28,396 nucleotides of DNA from a virus (Duplodnaviria; Caudoviricetes): positions 1 to 28,396 of IMG/VR virus record IMGVR_UViG_3300049170_000117. One strand, 5' to 3'. Shown piece by piece: positions 15,411 to 25,222 of the stretch. Position numbers and translations under genes: made by a program. Every line of letters begins with the position of its first letter. The first letter of the stretch is position 1. The notes under the pieces are model-generated. The model searched no databases. It was given only the letters and a program-made list of their open reading frames with translations, and had not been told where the DNA came from.

Positions 15411-16514
15411 CTACTTCTCCTCCGCCTCATCCGCGCCGTCGGCGGGCTTCACGCTGCGGTCCAGCTTCAGCGTCACGCGCTCGGCGGTCTCGCCCTGGCC
15501 GGGCCGTACGGTCCAGCCGACGATCCGGTTCCATCCGTCGTAGGTGGTGTGCGGCTCGTGCAACCGGATACGGACGTCATCGCCGATGCGCAGCGAGGAG
15601 ATCGGCGCGGCCGGGTGATCGACGATCTCCAGCTCGGTGAGCTGCGGCAGGATCTGCCGAGCCAGGCGTTCGCGCCGGGTGCGCTGCTTGAGCTTGGCCT
15701 CGTCCTTCTCGCTGGTCTCCAGCTTGTGCTCCAGGCGCAGCCGCCCGTTGCGGTCGCCGTCGACAACGACCTTGCGCTTCTTGCCCTCCCCCGCGCCCAG
15801 GCCGACGACACACTGGGCGTACTCGTCTGCGTCCTTGATCACCTGGGGTTCGCCGACGACGTTGGCGCCGGTGGTGAACGTCAGGTCCTCGCGACGCCGG
15901 CCGAGCTTCGGAGCGCCGAGGATGATGCGCCGCTCGGCGCGGCGTCCGCGCCAGGCCACGGTCTCGGACCACTCCAGGCCGTCATCGATGTCGGCCATCT
16001 CGTCCACGATCTCGCCCAGATTCCGGGCATCCCAGCGGGGGATGTCGTACGGGTCCTTCGCCGTGCCGGTTTTCGCCGTCGACTTGGTGTCGTCCACGAC
16101 GACCTCGAGGTTGCCGTCCGGCTGCTGTTGGGCGTAGGCCCACACATCGCGGATCACCTCGCACGGGTCCGCCTCGATGTAGGGGCCGCGCCCGCCGAGG
16201 TTGCCGTGCAGGTCGAATCGGCGGTGCAGGTAGCTGGTGAACCCGGACGCTTCGATGGGCAGCTTCGGCCCCTGCGGTTCGGCTCGCCAAATGAGCCCGC
16301 CCCACAGGAGCTTGGCGTCCCGCTCGGCGTACAGCACGGCGTTTCCGGCGTCGAGCATGTCGTTCAGGGAACGGGCGAACGTCGGCGACAGCGTGGCGCT
16401 GAGCGAGCCGGGCCCGGAAATCTCCGGCCCGAACTCCACTTCGCTCAGCGGCAGGTTCCAGTGCAGGATCTCGCCGGTCGCGGCGCGGGCGACGATGTAG
16501 CGGTAGTCGGGCAT
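15411..16514 (-). CDS. Siphovirus minor tail/hub protein (ReqiPepy6 Gp37-like)
   Basis: Position after Dit; LWGGLIW, GLGAGEG and IGDDVRI motifs. Confidence 0.78.
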   Translation of the reverse strand: MPDYRYIVARAATGEILHWNLPLSEVEFGPEISGPGSLSATLSPTFARSLNDMLDAGNAVLYAERDAKLLWGGLIWRAEPQGPKLPIEASGFTSYLHRRFDLHGNLGGRGPYIEADPCEVIRDVWAYAQQQPDGNLEVVVDDTKSTAKTGTAKDPYDIPRWDARNLGEIVDEMADIDDGLEWSETVAWRGRRAERRIILGAPKLGRRREDLTFTTGANVVGEPQVIKDADEYAQCVVGLGAGEGKKRKVVVDGDRNGRLRLEHKLETSEKDEAKLKQRTRRERLARQILPQLTELEIVDHPAAPISSLRIGDDVRIRLHEPHTTYDGWNRIVGWTVRPGQGETAERVTLKLDRSVKPADGADEAEEK

Positions 16515-17443
16515 CAGACGGGGCTTTCCGTGAACTCGATGTCGGCGGTAACCGTGGTGCCCTTGGCCACCGACAGGTCACCGTCGCCGTACTTGTCGAT
16601 CTGGTTGATCTGCACGGCCAAGTACTGGCGGGTGCCGCGGTAGGCGGGCGGCACAGCGAGGGTGTCGGCCAGCACGACGGTGGCGCGGCGCGTGGTCGTG
16701 CCGTCGTCGTCGACGACGGTGGGCTTGGAGGTGCGCTCGCCCAGGCGCATGCGCATCTCGGCATAGATGCTTCCCGCCTCCGCGCGCAGACCGGAGAGGG
16801 TGATCACGAGGGTGGCCTTCGTCGCCCAGGCCGGCACGTCCACCTCCCAGGCCGCGTCCTTGGGCCAGGCCGCCCAGTGGCCGTGCTTGCCAGGCACCTT
16901 CTCGGTGTCGTCGGGGTGCACGGTGCGCAGGGTCCGCTCGGTGCGCGGATTGGCGATCCGCCGCAGGTCCGTGATCATCTCCGCGGTGACGGCCGCGGTG
17001 TTACGGGGCAAGGTGATCCGCGCCAGCGGGATGGCGGTCAAGCCGCGCGGCGCAGGGGTCTCCTCGTTGCCGATGTCCTGGATGAGGTGGAAGTAGCCGA
17101 TGTCCTGCGTGCGCGGGTCGCGTTCGCCCTCGAATTCCGGGTCCTCGATACGTAGGACGAGCAGGTCGGTCCGGGTGAACGGGCCGGTCGGCGGGATGTC
17201 CACTACGGCGTCGCCGATGTTGCTCTGGGTGTAGGCACCCTGCCAGGGCCGTGCGCCGTGGATGAGAGCCGAGCCGTCGCCGACTCGGACGCCGGGGCCC
17301 GGGGCTTCCAGGGGGCGGACCTTCAAGTCGCCGGCTTCGGCGATGCCCTGCCGGCCGCGTGCCAGGTCGCGGATCATCAGCCGCATGGCGCGGGCTGGAT
17401 GGTTGCCGCCGCGCACCATCATCGGGGGCTGGACAAGGGTCAC
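16514..17443 (-). CDS. Minor tail protein
   Basis: GTG at 17443 after GGAG; RTDLLVLRIEDP and IPLARITLP...ITDLR motifs typical of actinophage minor tail proteins. Confidence 0.78.
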   Translation of the reverse strand: MTLVQPPMMVRGGNHPARAMRLMIRDLARGRQGIAEAGDLKVRPLEAPGPGVRVGDGSALIHGARPWQGAYTQSNIGDAVVDIPPTGPFTRTDLLVLRIEDPEFEGERDPRTQDIGYFHLIQDIGNEETPAPRGLTAIPLARITLPRNTAAVTAEMITDLRRIANPRTERTLRTVHPDDTEKVPGKHGHWAAWPKDAAWEVDVPAWATKATLVITLSGLRAEAGSIYAEMRMRLGERTSKPTVVDDDGTTTRRATVVLADTLAVPPAYRGTRQYLAVQINQIDKYGDGDLSVAKGTTVTADIEFTESPV

Positions 17444-17454
17444 TGCTGCTCCAT

Positions 17455-18411
17455 TCACAGGGCGGTGTACGCCGAGCGCCACGACACGTCGAGGCTGGCG
17501 GTACCGGTGGGGTCGTCGGCGCTCCAGCCGATCTCCGAACGGCCCGGCGGGATGGCGAACAAGTCGAGGCGCGACTCGGGGGTGAGGTCGTTGGCGACGT
17601 TGGTGACGCTGTTGCGCAGGGCCCAGCAGGTGTTGGGCCGGGTCTCCATCTCCACCCACTCCCCGGCGCGCAGCGACAGGCCGAGTTCGAGGACGCGGCG
17701 GGTGGCGGTGTTCCAGATGCGCGGGTTGGTGACCGGGCCGTGGAGACGGATGCTGGGCCACGAGGCGACGTTGCCGTGGTTGGTGATCCATCCGGGCCGG
17801 TCGTCTCCGGGCTTGTGGTCCGGGTCGTCGCTGGCGCAGCAGGCGGGCGGGCACATCGCCTTGTCCACCGTGCGGTCGCCGGAGGTGTGCCGGGCGGCCT
17901 GGTCGAGGCCGAGCGTCAGCTTCGACAGGTCGTCGGCGTACCAGCGCGGGTCCGTGGCCGCGAACTCGATGTCCAGCGGGATCCACCCGTTGATCGCCGT
18001 GGTGGTGCTGGTGGCCTCGACGCGGCGCAGCCGCCCGTACAGGCGGCGTGTGTTGTGGCCGGGCCAGCGTCCCCGCAGGACGGCCCGTCCCTCGGGGCGG
18101 GTACGCGCATCCGGGGTATCGAGCGCCAGCTCCAGGCGGGCGAGGAGATCCGCGGCCGCTTCCGGGTCGCCGGGCGTTTTGATGCCGGCTTCCATGCGGA
18201 TGGTCCGTGGCCCGTAGAAGTCCTGGCCGGGGAAGGTGCCGTCACCGTTCGGGTTGTCCACATCCTGGGGACGGGTGGCAGGCGACCCGAGCCCTTCGAC
18301 GTTCCCCACCGGGATACGGGTACCGGTGCCGAGGACGACGCCGCCGATCTCGTACTGCCAGGGGGCAAGCTCGATCGGTATGGGCGGCTGCTGCTTCGTT
18401 GGTGTGGTCAT
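17455..18411 (-). CDS. Distal tail protein (Dit)
   Basis: Immediately after the TMP (TGATG overlap); FAATDPRWY, ITNHGNVASWP, GPVTNP. Confidence 0.82.
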   Translation of the reverse strand: MTTPTKQQPPIPIELAPWQYEIGGVVLGTGTRIPVGNVEGLGSPATRPQDVDNPNGDGTFPGQDFYGPRTIRMEAGIKTPGDPEAAADLLARLELALDTPDARTRPEGRAVLRGRWPGHNTRRLYGRLRRVEATSTTTAINGWIPLDIEFAATDPRWYADDLSKLTLGLDQAARHTSGDRTVDKAMCPPACCASDDPDHKPGDDRPGWITNHGNVASWPSIRLHGPVTNPRIWNTATRRVLELGLSLRAGEWVEMETRPNTCWALRNSVTNVANDLTPESRLDLFAIPPGRSEIGWSADDPTGTASLDVSWRSAYTAL

Positions 18412-21400
18412 CAAACCCTCCCGCCCCGTTGGGCATTGCGCAGGTTGCGCATCATTTCTGTGCCGATCTGCTCAGGAGTCGCGGAGCTGGAGGTGACCGT
18501 GACCGGCATGGTGCCGATCAGCGGCTGCTGCTCGCGGACGACAACGACCTGGACACGTCCGCCCGCGCGGCCGTCGACGACCCGCGTGCGGGCGCGATCC
18601 GATCCGGTGCGCACGTCGAAGGCGCGGACGACGCCCGCCATGACCTCCGCGCTCTTGGCCCGCTTGAACGAGCTGGCAACCATGGGGCTGTAGTCGCGGC
18701 TGGCCCGGCCTCGCACGCCGCCGTTGGCGAACCACTCGACCTGCCCGCCGAAGCGGCCGACCACGTCCTCCACAACCGCCTTGCTACGTACGCGCTTTGC
18801 GGGCGACAAAGGCACATATGCCTCGCCCTGAGTCTCTGGTTCACCCCATATGCGCCACGATCCGGCCGGAGCGATCTGCGCAACGTGTTGCTCGCGGCGG
18901 CGCGGACCGGCCACTCCTTCCCGGACACCGCCGTTGGCGTAGTACTCGACCACTCCGCCGTTGGCCTGGTTGAACCCCTTGTAGTTGGGGTTCTGGATCA
19001 TGTCGGGGATGCCGTTGGCGTCCTTGTCATGCGACGAGGGCTTTCGGATCAGTGAGGTGAAGATCGGGATCGTCCTGCCGCGCAGGGCGTTGATGCGGCC
19101 CTGGATGTCGTCGGCCGCCTTGCGCGCGCCGCCGGTCGGGACGGTGACCTTGACGTTCTTGGAGCCGGGCACCTTCTCGATCCGGAAGCCGAGCGCCTCC
19201 AGCTCCTTGCGGGCCTGCGCGGTTGGGGCGCGGACCGTGACGGACTTGGCACCCGGCGTCGCCCGGACCTTCGCCTGAACCGCCTCCAGGCTCTTGATCG
19301 CGGTCCCGGTCGGGGCGGAGACCCGCACGTTCTTCGAGTTCGGTGTCCGGCCGAGCTTGTCGATCAGCCCGTCCAGGTTCTTCTTCGCCCCGGCGGTCGG
19401 CGCGGTGATCTTGATCTGCCGGGTACCCGGCACGGTCTTGACGGTGAAGCCGAGGCTGCGCAGCTTCTTCTGCGCGCCGTCGCTCAGCGAGTCGACCTTG
19501 ATGGTCCTCTGCTTCGGCAGCCGGTGGAACTCGGCCTGCACCGCGATCAGGTTCGCGAGCGTGCTGTCCATGCCCTTGGTCTGCAGCAGCAGGGACACCT
19601 TGGAGGGCAGCAGGCCGAGGCTGTCGGCGACGCCCTCGGCCTGTGTCTTGGTCAGCCCGTAGCTGCGCGCGGCCCGGATCGCCTCGGCACGGGCCCGGCT
19701 CATCTCCCCGCGGGCCTTCGCCAGTGCGTCGGGCAGCGCCTCGCCGTTGCGCTGCGCCAGGTCGTAGGTGGCCACCGAGGCGTCGGCCGCCGCGTCGGAC
19801 AGGGCGGTGAGCTGGGTGTAGAGCTGCTGCCCGTTCCTGGTCGTGGTGTTGAGGGTCTTGTCCTCGTTGACCAGCTGCTTGCCGCCGTAGCCCTCCTTCT
19901 GGTTGACGTTCTTGCCACCCTCCTTCAGGTCCAGGACGGCGCTGTTGACCTTCGCCTTCGCCGCCTGGAGGGAGATCTGGCCGCCCGACAGCAGGTCGAG
20001 GGCGCTCTTGAGGGAGCGGGTGCGGGTGTCGGCGTCGGCAGTCTGATCCGCGAGACCGCCGACCGCCGTCTTGAGCCGGTCGTACGCCGAGGTGCCGTCG
20101 CCGGCACCGCGTGTCGCCTTCGCCAGCTCCTTGGCGTTCTTGATCGACTCGGACATCTCGCCCTTGACGCTGCCCAAGGCGTCGGCGGCGTCCTTGTACT
20201 GCTGGCCGACATCGGAGTAGTCCTGAACGGTCGCCTTACCGCCTGCCACGTCCTTCCACACCTTGTGGCTGTCGGCGGTGGCTTGGAGCCTCTTCTGCAG
20301 CGCGTCCAGGGACGTGCCCTGGCCGAGGTAGGCGTCGGTCAGCGTGGAGATCGGCACCCCGGCCTCTTCCATGACCTTGGTCAACTGGCCCTGAGAGACC
20401 TTCGTATCCAGCAGGATCTGCGCGGCCTGCCCGCGTACGTCGCTATTGATCTGCCCGCCCGACTCCCGCAGCGCGGAGGTCAGGGAGGAGATGCGGGACT
20501 GGTGCTCGGCCGCCGCCTGCGCCGCACGCTGCTGGCGGGCGGCGAGCATCCCCAGGCCGACCGAGACACCGGCCATGGCGATACCGAAAGGCCCGCCCAG
20601 CGCGCCGGAGATACCGGACATGGCCGAGCGCAGGCCCGAACCGGCCGCGCGCGTGACCCCGTTCATCGTCCCCATGAACGTCACGCCCGCGCCGTTCGCG
20701 CTGCGGAACGCGGCCGTCATGCTGCCGAGGAACCCCACCCTCGCCTGCACTGCAGCCCAGGCCGCGCCGTACCGGTTCAGCGACACCCCCGTGCTCGCGG
20801 CCAAGGTCTGCTGGAGCCGCATCTGCTGGGCGAAGCTCTGGAACCCGGTGCGCACGGGGCCGGTGACGGTGTTGGCGAGGCTGGTCAGGCCGGGCTGCGC
20901 CCTGCGGAACAGCAGCATCGCCAGGGCCGCCGACTGGATGGGAGCGGGCAGCGCACCGAAGGCGCTGACCAGTCCGCCCACCACGTGCCCGATCGGCACA
21001 AGGACGGCGGACAGGCCCGACACCGCGTCCATGGCGACGCTCGCGACGGTGGCGATGATGTCGAGCGTGCCGGCCGCAGCGCCCCCGTCCTTCCCCAGAC
21101 CCGAGAGCGCGGACACGATGGGCTCGGCACCGTCGGCCGCGTTGCGCAGGACGTCGCCCAGCGTGCGAGCGGCATTGATCAGAAGGTTCAGGCCGGTGGC
21201 GAGGGTGTGTTCGCCCAGCTCCTTGAGCGGCCCCAGCAGCCCCCGGGCCTCGTCTATCAGGCCGCCGAGTCCGGAACCCGCCTTGGCCTTCAGCTCCGGC
21301 CCGTACAGGATCGCGAGGTTGCGGCCGTACTCCAGCGCGGTAGTCAGGTATGGCGTTGCCCCCGCCATTCCGCGCGTCAGCAGCCGGGTCACGTACTCCA

Positions 21401-22679
21401 GGCCGGGGGCCATGCCCTCGTACAGCGCCAGGCCGGTCTGCTTGGCCTGGGTACGCAGCTGCGTCATCGCACCGGTCAGACCTTGACCGCGCGAGGCGGT
21501 GATGGACGCGGCGGCCCCGGTCTGGCGCACCGCCACCGACAGGGCGTCGAACGACTCGGTCCCCTGATGCGCCAGCGCCGCCGCCCCGGACAGCGCAGGC
21601 TTGCCGAACGCCCGGGTGACGCCTGCGGCGAAGTCCTTCTGTGACAGGTTGTGCTCGGCCTTCGACAGGCCGTCGATCACCACGCGAAGGCCCCTGAACT
21701 GCCCCTGGGCGGTCCAGGCGTCGATCCCCAGGTCCTTCAGCGCGCCCCGCATCTGCGGCGTCGGCGCGGCCAGGTTCGCGAAGATCCCCCGCAGCGATGT
21801 GCCTGCCGTCTGCCCGAGGATGCCGCTCTTGCCGAGCATGCCGACCGCTGCCGCGGTGTCCTGCAGCGAGACGCCGAGCGCGTTGGCGACCGGTCCGGCG
21901 TACCGCATCGAGTAGTAGATGTCGGTGATCGAGCCGGACGCGTTGTTCGCCGTGGCCGCCAGCGTGTCCGAGGCCCGCGAAGCCTGATCAGCACCAAGAC
22001 CGAATTGGTCCATGATGTCGCCCAAGTACTTTGCCGACGTTGCGGCGTTGACGTCGGCAGCTGCGGAGAGCTGGAGCGAGGCACGTACGGCGTCGATGGA
22101 CTGGTCCGCGCGGAATCCCGCCTTGCTCAGCTCGACCATGCCCTCGGCCGCGTCGGCCGCGGTCGAGCCCGGAAGGCTCAGGTCGTTGCCGAGTTCCTGC
22201 GCGACGGCCGAGGCGCGCTTCATCTGTCCGGCGGTGGCCGAGGTGACCGCCCGGAACAGGTTCATCTGCTTCTGGTAGCGGTTGCCCTCCTGGACCATCT
22301 CGCCCGCGCCCAGGAGCAGGCTGCCGCCAGCGAGCATGTTGGTGGCTGATAGGCCGCGCCGACCCGCGCCAGCCGTCGCGCGTTGCAGCCGGGACATGGA
22401 GCGGGCGCCGTCGTCACCGGCCGCGCGCAGACTGGCACGTGCGGCTCCGGCGCGAGCGGCGATCCGGTTCAGCTCACCGACGGCGGAGCGGGTGGAGCGG
22501 TTGAGCGCCGCGAACTGGCGGGCGAGGCTCGCCCCGTTCGCATCGAGCCGGGCCAGCGAGCGGTTGGCGGCATCCGTGCGGTCGGCAAGCGTCCGCATCT
22601 GACCGGAGGCAGCACGAGTTCCCGCGATCAGGTCGCGGACCTCGGCGCGCATCGCCACGGTCAGGGTGAACCCAGCCAC
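18411..22679 (-). CDS. Tail tape measure protein (TP901-like core), 1422 aa
   Basis: Ala/Gly-rich; core GILGQTAGTSLR; C-terminal ANGG and GEPETQGEAYVPL motifs. Confidence 0.95.
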   Translation of the reverse strand: MAGFTLTVAMRAEVRDLIAGTRAASGQMRTLADRTDAANRSLARLDANGASLARQFAALNRSTRSAVGELNRIAARAGAARASLRAAGDDGARSMSRLQRATAGAGRRGLSATNMLAGGSLLLGAGEMVQEGNRYQKQMNLFRAVTSATAGQMKRASAVAQELGNDLSLPGSTAADAAEGMVELSKAGFRADQSIDAVRASLQLSAAADVNAATSAKYLGDIMDQFGLGADQASRASDTLAATANNASGSITDIYYSMRYAGPVANALGVSLQDTAAAVGMLGKSGILGQTAGTSLRGIFANLAAPTPQMRGALKDLGIDAWTAQGQFRGLRVVIDGLSKAEHNLSQKDFAAGVTRAFGKPALSGAAALAHQGTESFDALSVAVRQTGAAASITASRGQGLTGAMTQLRTQAKQTGLALYEGMAPGLEYVTRLLTRGMAGATPYLTTALEYGRNLAILYGPELKAKAGSGLGGLIDEARGLLGPLKELGEHTLATGLNLLINAARTLGDVLRNAADGAEPIVSALSGLGKDGGAAAGTLDIIATVASVAMDAVSGLSAVLVPIGHVVGGLVSAFGALPAPIQSAALAMLLFRRAQPGLTSLANTVTGPVRTGFQSFAQQMRLQQTLAASTGVSLNRYGAAWAAVQARVGFLGSMTAAFRSANGAGVTFMGTMNGVTRAAGSGLRSAMSGISGALGGPFGIAMAGVSVGLGMLAARQQRAAQAAAEHQSRISSLTSALRESGGQINSDVRGQAAQILLDTKVSQGQLTKVMEEAGVPISTLTDAYLGQGTSLDALQKRLQATADSHKVWKDVAGGKATVQDYSDVGQQYKDAADALGSVKGEMSESIKNAKELAKATRGAGDGTSAYDRLKTAVGGLADQTADADTRTRSLKSALDLLSGGQISLQAAKAKVNSAVLDLKEGGKNVNQKEGYGGKQLVNEDKTLNTTTRNGQQLYTQLTALSDAAADASVATYDLAQRNGEALPDALAKARGEMSRARAEAIRAARSYGLTKTQAEGVADSLGLLPSKVSLLLQTKGMDSTLANLIAVQAEFHRLPKQRTIKVDSLSDGAQKKLRSLGFTVKTVPGTRQIKITAPTAGAKKNLDGLIDKLGRTPNSKNVRVSAPTGTAIKSLEAVQAKVRATPGAKSVTVRAPTAQARKELEALGFRIEKVPGSKNVKVTVPTGGARKAADDIQGRINALRGRTIPIFTSLIRKPSSHDKDANGIPDMIQNPNYKGFNQANGGVVEYYANGGVREGVAGPRRREQHVAQIAPAGSWRIWGEPETQGEAYVPLSPAKRVRSKAVVEDVVGRFGGQVEWFANGGVRGRASRDYSPMVASSFKRAKSAEVMAGVVRAFDVRTGSDRARTRVVDGRAGGRVQVVVVREQQPLIGTMPVTVTSSSATPEQIGTEMMRNLRNAQRGGRV

Positions 22680-22716
22680 CGCCGCGGCCCTCCTTACATA
22701 CGTCGTGCGGGTTGGA

Positions 22717-23058
22717 TCAGGTGTGGTCGCGGTGCTGGTGGCGAGGCAGGAGCTGGATCTTCACGCCGTAGCCGGAGCGGTCGCCGGGGACGTGGTCGCG
22801 CTCCTGCTCGATCAGCTCGCAGCCGGGGCAGCGCAGGGTGTCGGTGACGTAGGCGTGCCGGTCTCGATCCCACTCCTCCAGCCGGGTGTGGCACTCGGGG
22901 CACACCGCGCGCTGCCACTCCGCCCAGGCCAGGGCCTTGGCCCGGTCCAGCTCCGTCCACCGGCCGTCGCCGCCGAGGAACTGGGAGTGCGGGATGCGGT
23001 ACCTCTCGCACAGCTCCAGCTCGGCCCGCAGGTGCAGGTCGCGGCTCAGCCTTTTCCC
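22717..23058 (-). CDS. Tail assembly chaperone, -1 frameshift extension (gpT-like)
   Basis: Open -1 frame entered at GGGAAAA; CPEC...CPGC; lies directly upstream of the TMP. Confidence 0.82.
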   Translation of the reverse strand, partial: GKRLSRDLHLRAELELCERYRIPHSQFLGGDGRWTELDRAKALAWAEWQRAVCPECHTRLEEWDRDRHAYVTDTLRCPGCELIEQERDHVPGDRSGYGVKIQLLPRHQHRDHT

Positions 23059-23603
23059 AGGTCGACCCGGCTTTCCTGCTGGACCTGCCAGGCCGCCTCC
23101 CACAGGAGGTTGGCGTCCGGTGCCGACCAGGTGGACAGCAGCTCAGCTGCCTCGTCCTGGCTCATCCCGTCGAAGGACGCCGCCGAGATCAGCGCAGCGG
23201 GGAAGGTGTCCGGATTGAACACCGCCCCCTCTTCCGCCTGTTTCTCGGTCGGGGGGTGCGCGGCGATCAGCTCTTCCAGGACCGGGCGCGGCAGCGCCAG
23301 GAACGTGAGGAAGTCCGAGGCGTCGTCCAAGGCGGCGCTCGCTGTCTCGAAGGCCGCTTGCGCTTCGGCGGCGCGCTTTGCCGCCGGCTCGTCGTCCGGT
23401 GTGGCCTCGGCGATGAACCGGGCGCGCTGGGCGTCGCGTTCGGCGTCCGCGACCTGCTCTCTGAGCTGGTCGTCGTCGCAGACACGGAGCTTGTTCTGCG
23501 GCCTGGCGCGGCGGCGCAGGCGGTCCATCTTGGACGCCCACGCCCCCTCCGCTGGCGTATCGCGGGGAGGGGACGGGCGCTTGGCCGGTGCGGGGCGCGA
23601 CAC
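23046..23603 (-). CDS. Tail assembly chaperone (gpG-like)
   Basis: Between tail tube and TMP; ends DLGKG over the slippery site. Confidence 0.85.
   Translation of the reverse strand: MSRPAPAKRPSPPRDTPAEGAWASKMDRLRRRARPQNKLRVCDDDQLREQVADAERDAQRARFIAEATPDDEPAAKRAAEAQAAFETASAALDDASDFLTFLALPRPVLEELIAAHPPTEKQAEEGAVFNPDTFPAALISAASFDGMSQDEAAELLSTWSAPDANLLWEAAWQVQQESRVDLGKG
23052..23058 (-). other. Programmed -1 ribosomal frameshift site GGGAAAA
   Basis: G GGA AAA heptamer at the conserved G/GT position. Confidence 0.85.
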
Positions 23604-23605
23604 GG

Positions 23606-24223
23606 TCAGTCCTCGCCGTGCTCGTGGACGGTCGCGGCGGTCTTGGTGGTGCTCACGACGGTGACGTCAACGTGGTCCTCGCCGTGGTCGTCGTCGCAGT
23701 CCTCGGGGGGCACCGGAAGGGTGTGGAACGCCTCGGGCACCACGGCGTCCAGCGACGGCTCGTCGATGATGGTGAAGTCGACCTTGAACTTGGCCGCCTC
23801 GTTACCCGTCGAGTACGTGGCGGCGCGGGTAGCGACCTGTACCGGGAAGACATCCACGGAGCGGGAGCCGGGGATGTCACCCTTACGCAGCAGGACGACA
23901 TAGCCCTTCGCGCCCTTGGGCAGACGCTGCTCGATCTCGTCAGAGTGCCGGTCCTCATAGAAGGTCAGGCTGGAGTTCTCCGCCTTGTCGTTGCCCGGGA
24001 TCGAGGAGTTGAACGTCGAGCCCATGTCAGGGGTCTCGATCGGGTCGTTTTCCAGCGCCCAGCCCTCGATATCCGAGACGGCGTTGGTCAGGTCGAACCG
24101 GTTGGGCTCGCTGATTTCCTTGCGGGACGGCCACTTCGGGTCGGTGATCGCCTTGAGCCAGTAGATCTTCGAGATGCCGCGCCGCAGGAATCGGGTCTGG
24201 GTGGCAGGCTTCTTCAGGGACAC
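23606..24223 (-). CDS. Major tail (tube) protein
   Basis: GTG at 24223 after GGGAG; DLTNAV..IEGW, TPDMGSTF...IPG, DVFPVQV typical of actinophage tubes. Confidence 0.85.
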   Translation of the reverse strand: MSLKKPATQTRFLRRGISKIYWLKAITDPKWPSRKEISEPNRFDLTNAVSDIEGWALENDPIETPDMGSTFNSSIPGNDKAENSSLTFYEDRHSDEIEQRLPKGAKGYVVLLRKGDIPGSRSVDVFPVQVATRAATYSTGNEAAKFKVDFTIIDEPSLDAVVPEAFHTLPVPPEDCDDDHGEDHVDVTVVSTTKTAATVHEHGED

Positions 24224-24344
24224 AGGTCCGCTCCCACTTCTGGGGCAGCGTCCCGTGCCGAGGCCCTGCCCCTTGAGGTTCAAAGGGGGTTCGCCTGGCC
24301 TGGGGCCTAGCGTCCGCGCGGGCCTCCGCGGTGAGGAAGAACGT

Positions 24345-24797
24345 CTATGCAGCGGGGGTCACGGTGATCGTGAACCGCTGCACGTAAGACACGATAGCGC
24401 CTGCCGCCGACACCGACGGCTCCCCTCCGGAGTCGTGATCCAACTCCCGGTCGATCACACGGGCTTGAGGAACATGCAGGTCATAGGCCCATTCCTCGTC
24501 GGTGCGGCCGACGACGCCATGGCGTACGCGGTCGGCGAGCCACTGCACCTGGTCGTCCCGCTCGCCAACCGAGGTCACCTGGTACGCCCATGCGGCGTCC
24601 GCGTGCCAGTCCCACAGCGGCGGGCCGCTGAACTCTCCCGGCAGCGAGTCCAGGATCGTGTACGGGACGGATGCCGCCTCCCACTCCCCCGACCGGCCCC
24701 GCACGCGGGGCAGTTCACCGATGCCGCACGGCCGGCCGGTCGCCGTCGCGATGAGCGCGGCGAGCCCCCGGGTTACCGGCAGGCGTACGGCGGTCAC
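24345..24797 (-). CDS. Tail terminator/completion protein
   Basis: GTGA overlap; PYTIL and YQVTSVG motifs; synteny. Confidence 0.7.
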   Translation of the reverse strand: MTAVRLPVTRGLAALIATATGRPCGIGELPRVRGRSGEWEAASVPYTILDSLPGEFSGPPLWDWHADAAWAYQVTSVGERDDQVQWLADRVRHGVVGRTDEEWAYDLHVPQARVIDRELDHDSGGEPSVSAAGAIVSYVQRFTITVTPAA

Positions 24798-25222
24798 GGC
24801 AGAACTCCGTCCACCAGGGCCTGGATGAAGCCAGGTTGTGCCTGCCGGAAGGCGGGCTCGACGTGCGGGAACGGCCGCTGCCGGTAGTGACGGCCGAGGG
24901 AGTCGACGCCGACGAAGCCGTACTCCAACCTGCGCGCCTGCGGGGCGTCGGAAAACACCTCCGCCGTCACCTGCCCACCGCCCGTTCGCATCCGCACGTC
25001 CCACGACGCGCGGTACTGACCAGTGATCACTCGCGGTCCGGGACGGCCGGAGGCGTGGCGCTGGATCCTGACGCGCAGCAGCATCGCGTGATGCCGGGTG
25101 ATCGTACGCGTACGGGCACGAGCGGCCGGACCCATCCGGGCCAACGCGGCAGCCAGCGCGATCGGGTCACGGAACGCCGTGGCGTCAGGGTGCGCGTTCG
25201 GATGCGGGTTCGCGACAGCCAT
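24794..25222 (-). CDS. HK97 gp10-like neck protein
   Basis: ITGQYRASW, ARRLEYG, RPFPHVEPAF. Confidence 0.82.
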   Translation of the reverse strand: MAVANPHPNAHPDATAFRDPIALAAALARMGPAARARTRTITRHHAMLLRVRIQRHASGRPGPRVITGQYRASWDVRMRTGGGQVTAEVFSDAPQARRLEYGFVGVDSLGRHYRQRPFPHVEPAFRQAQPGFIQALVDGVLP

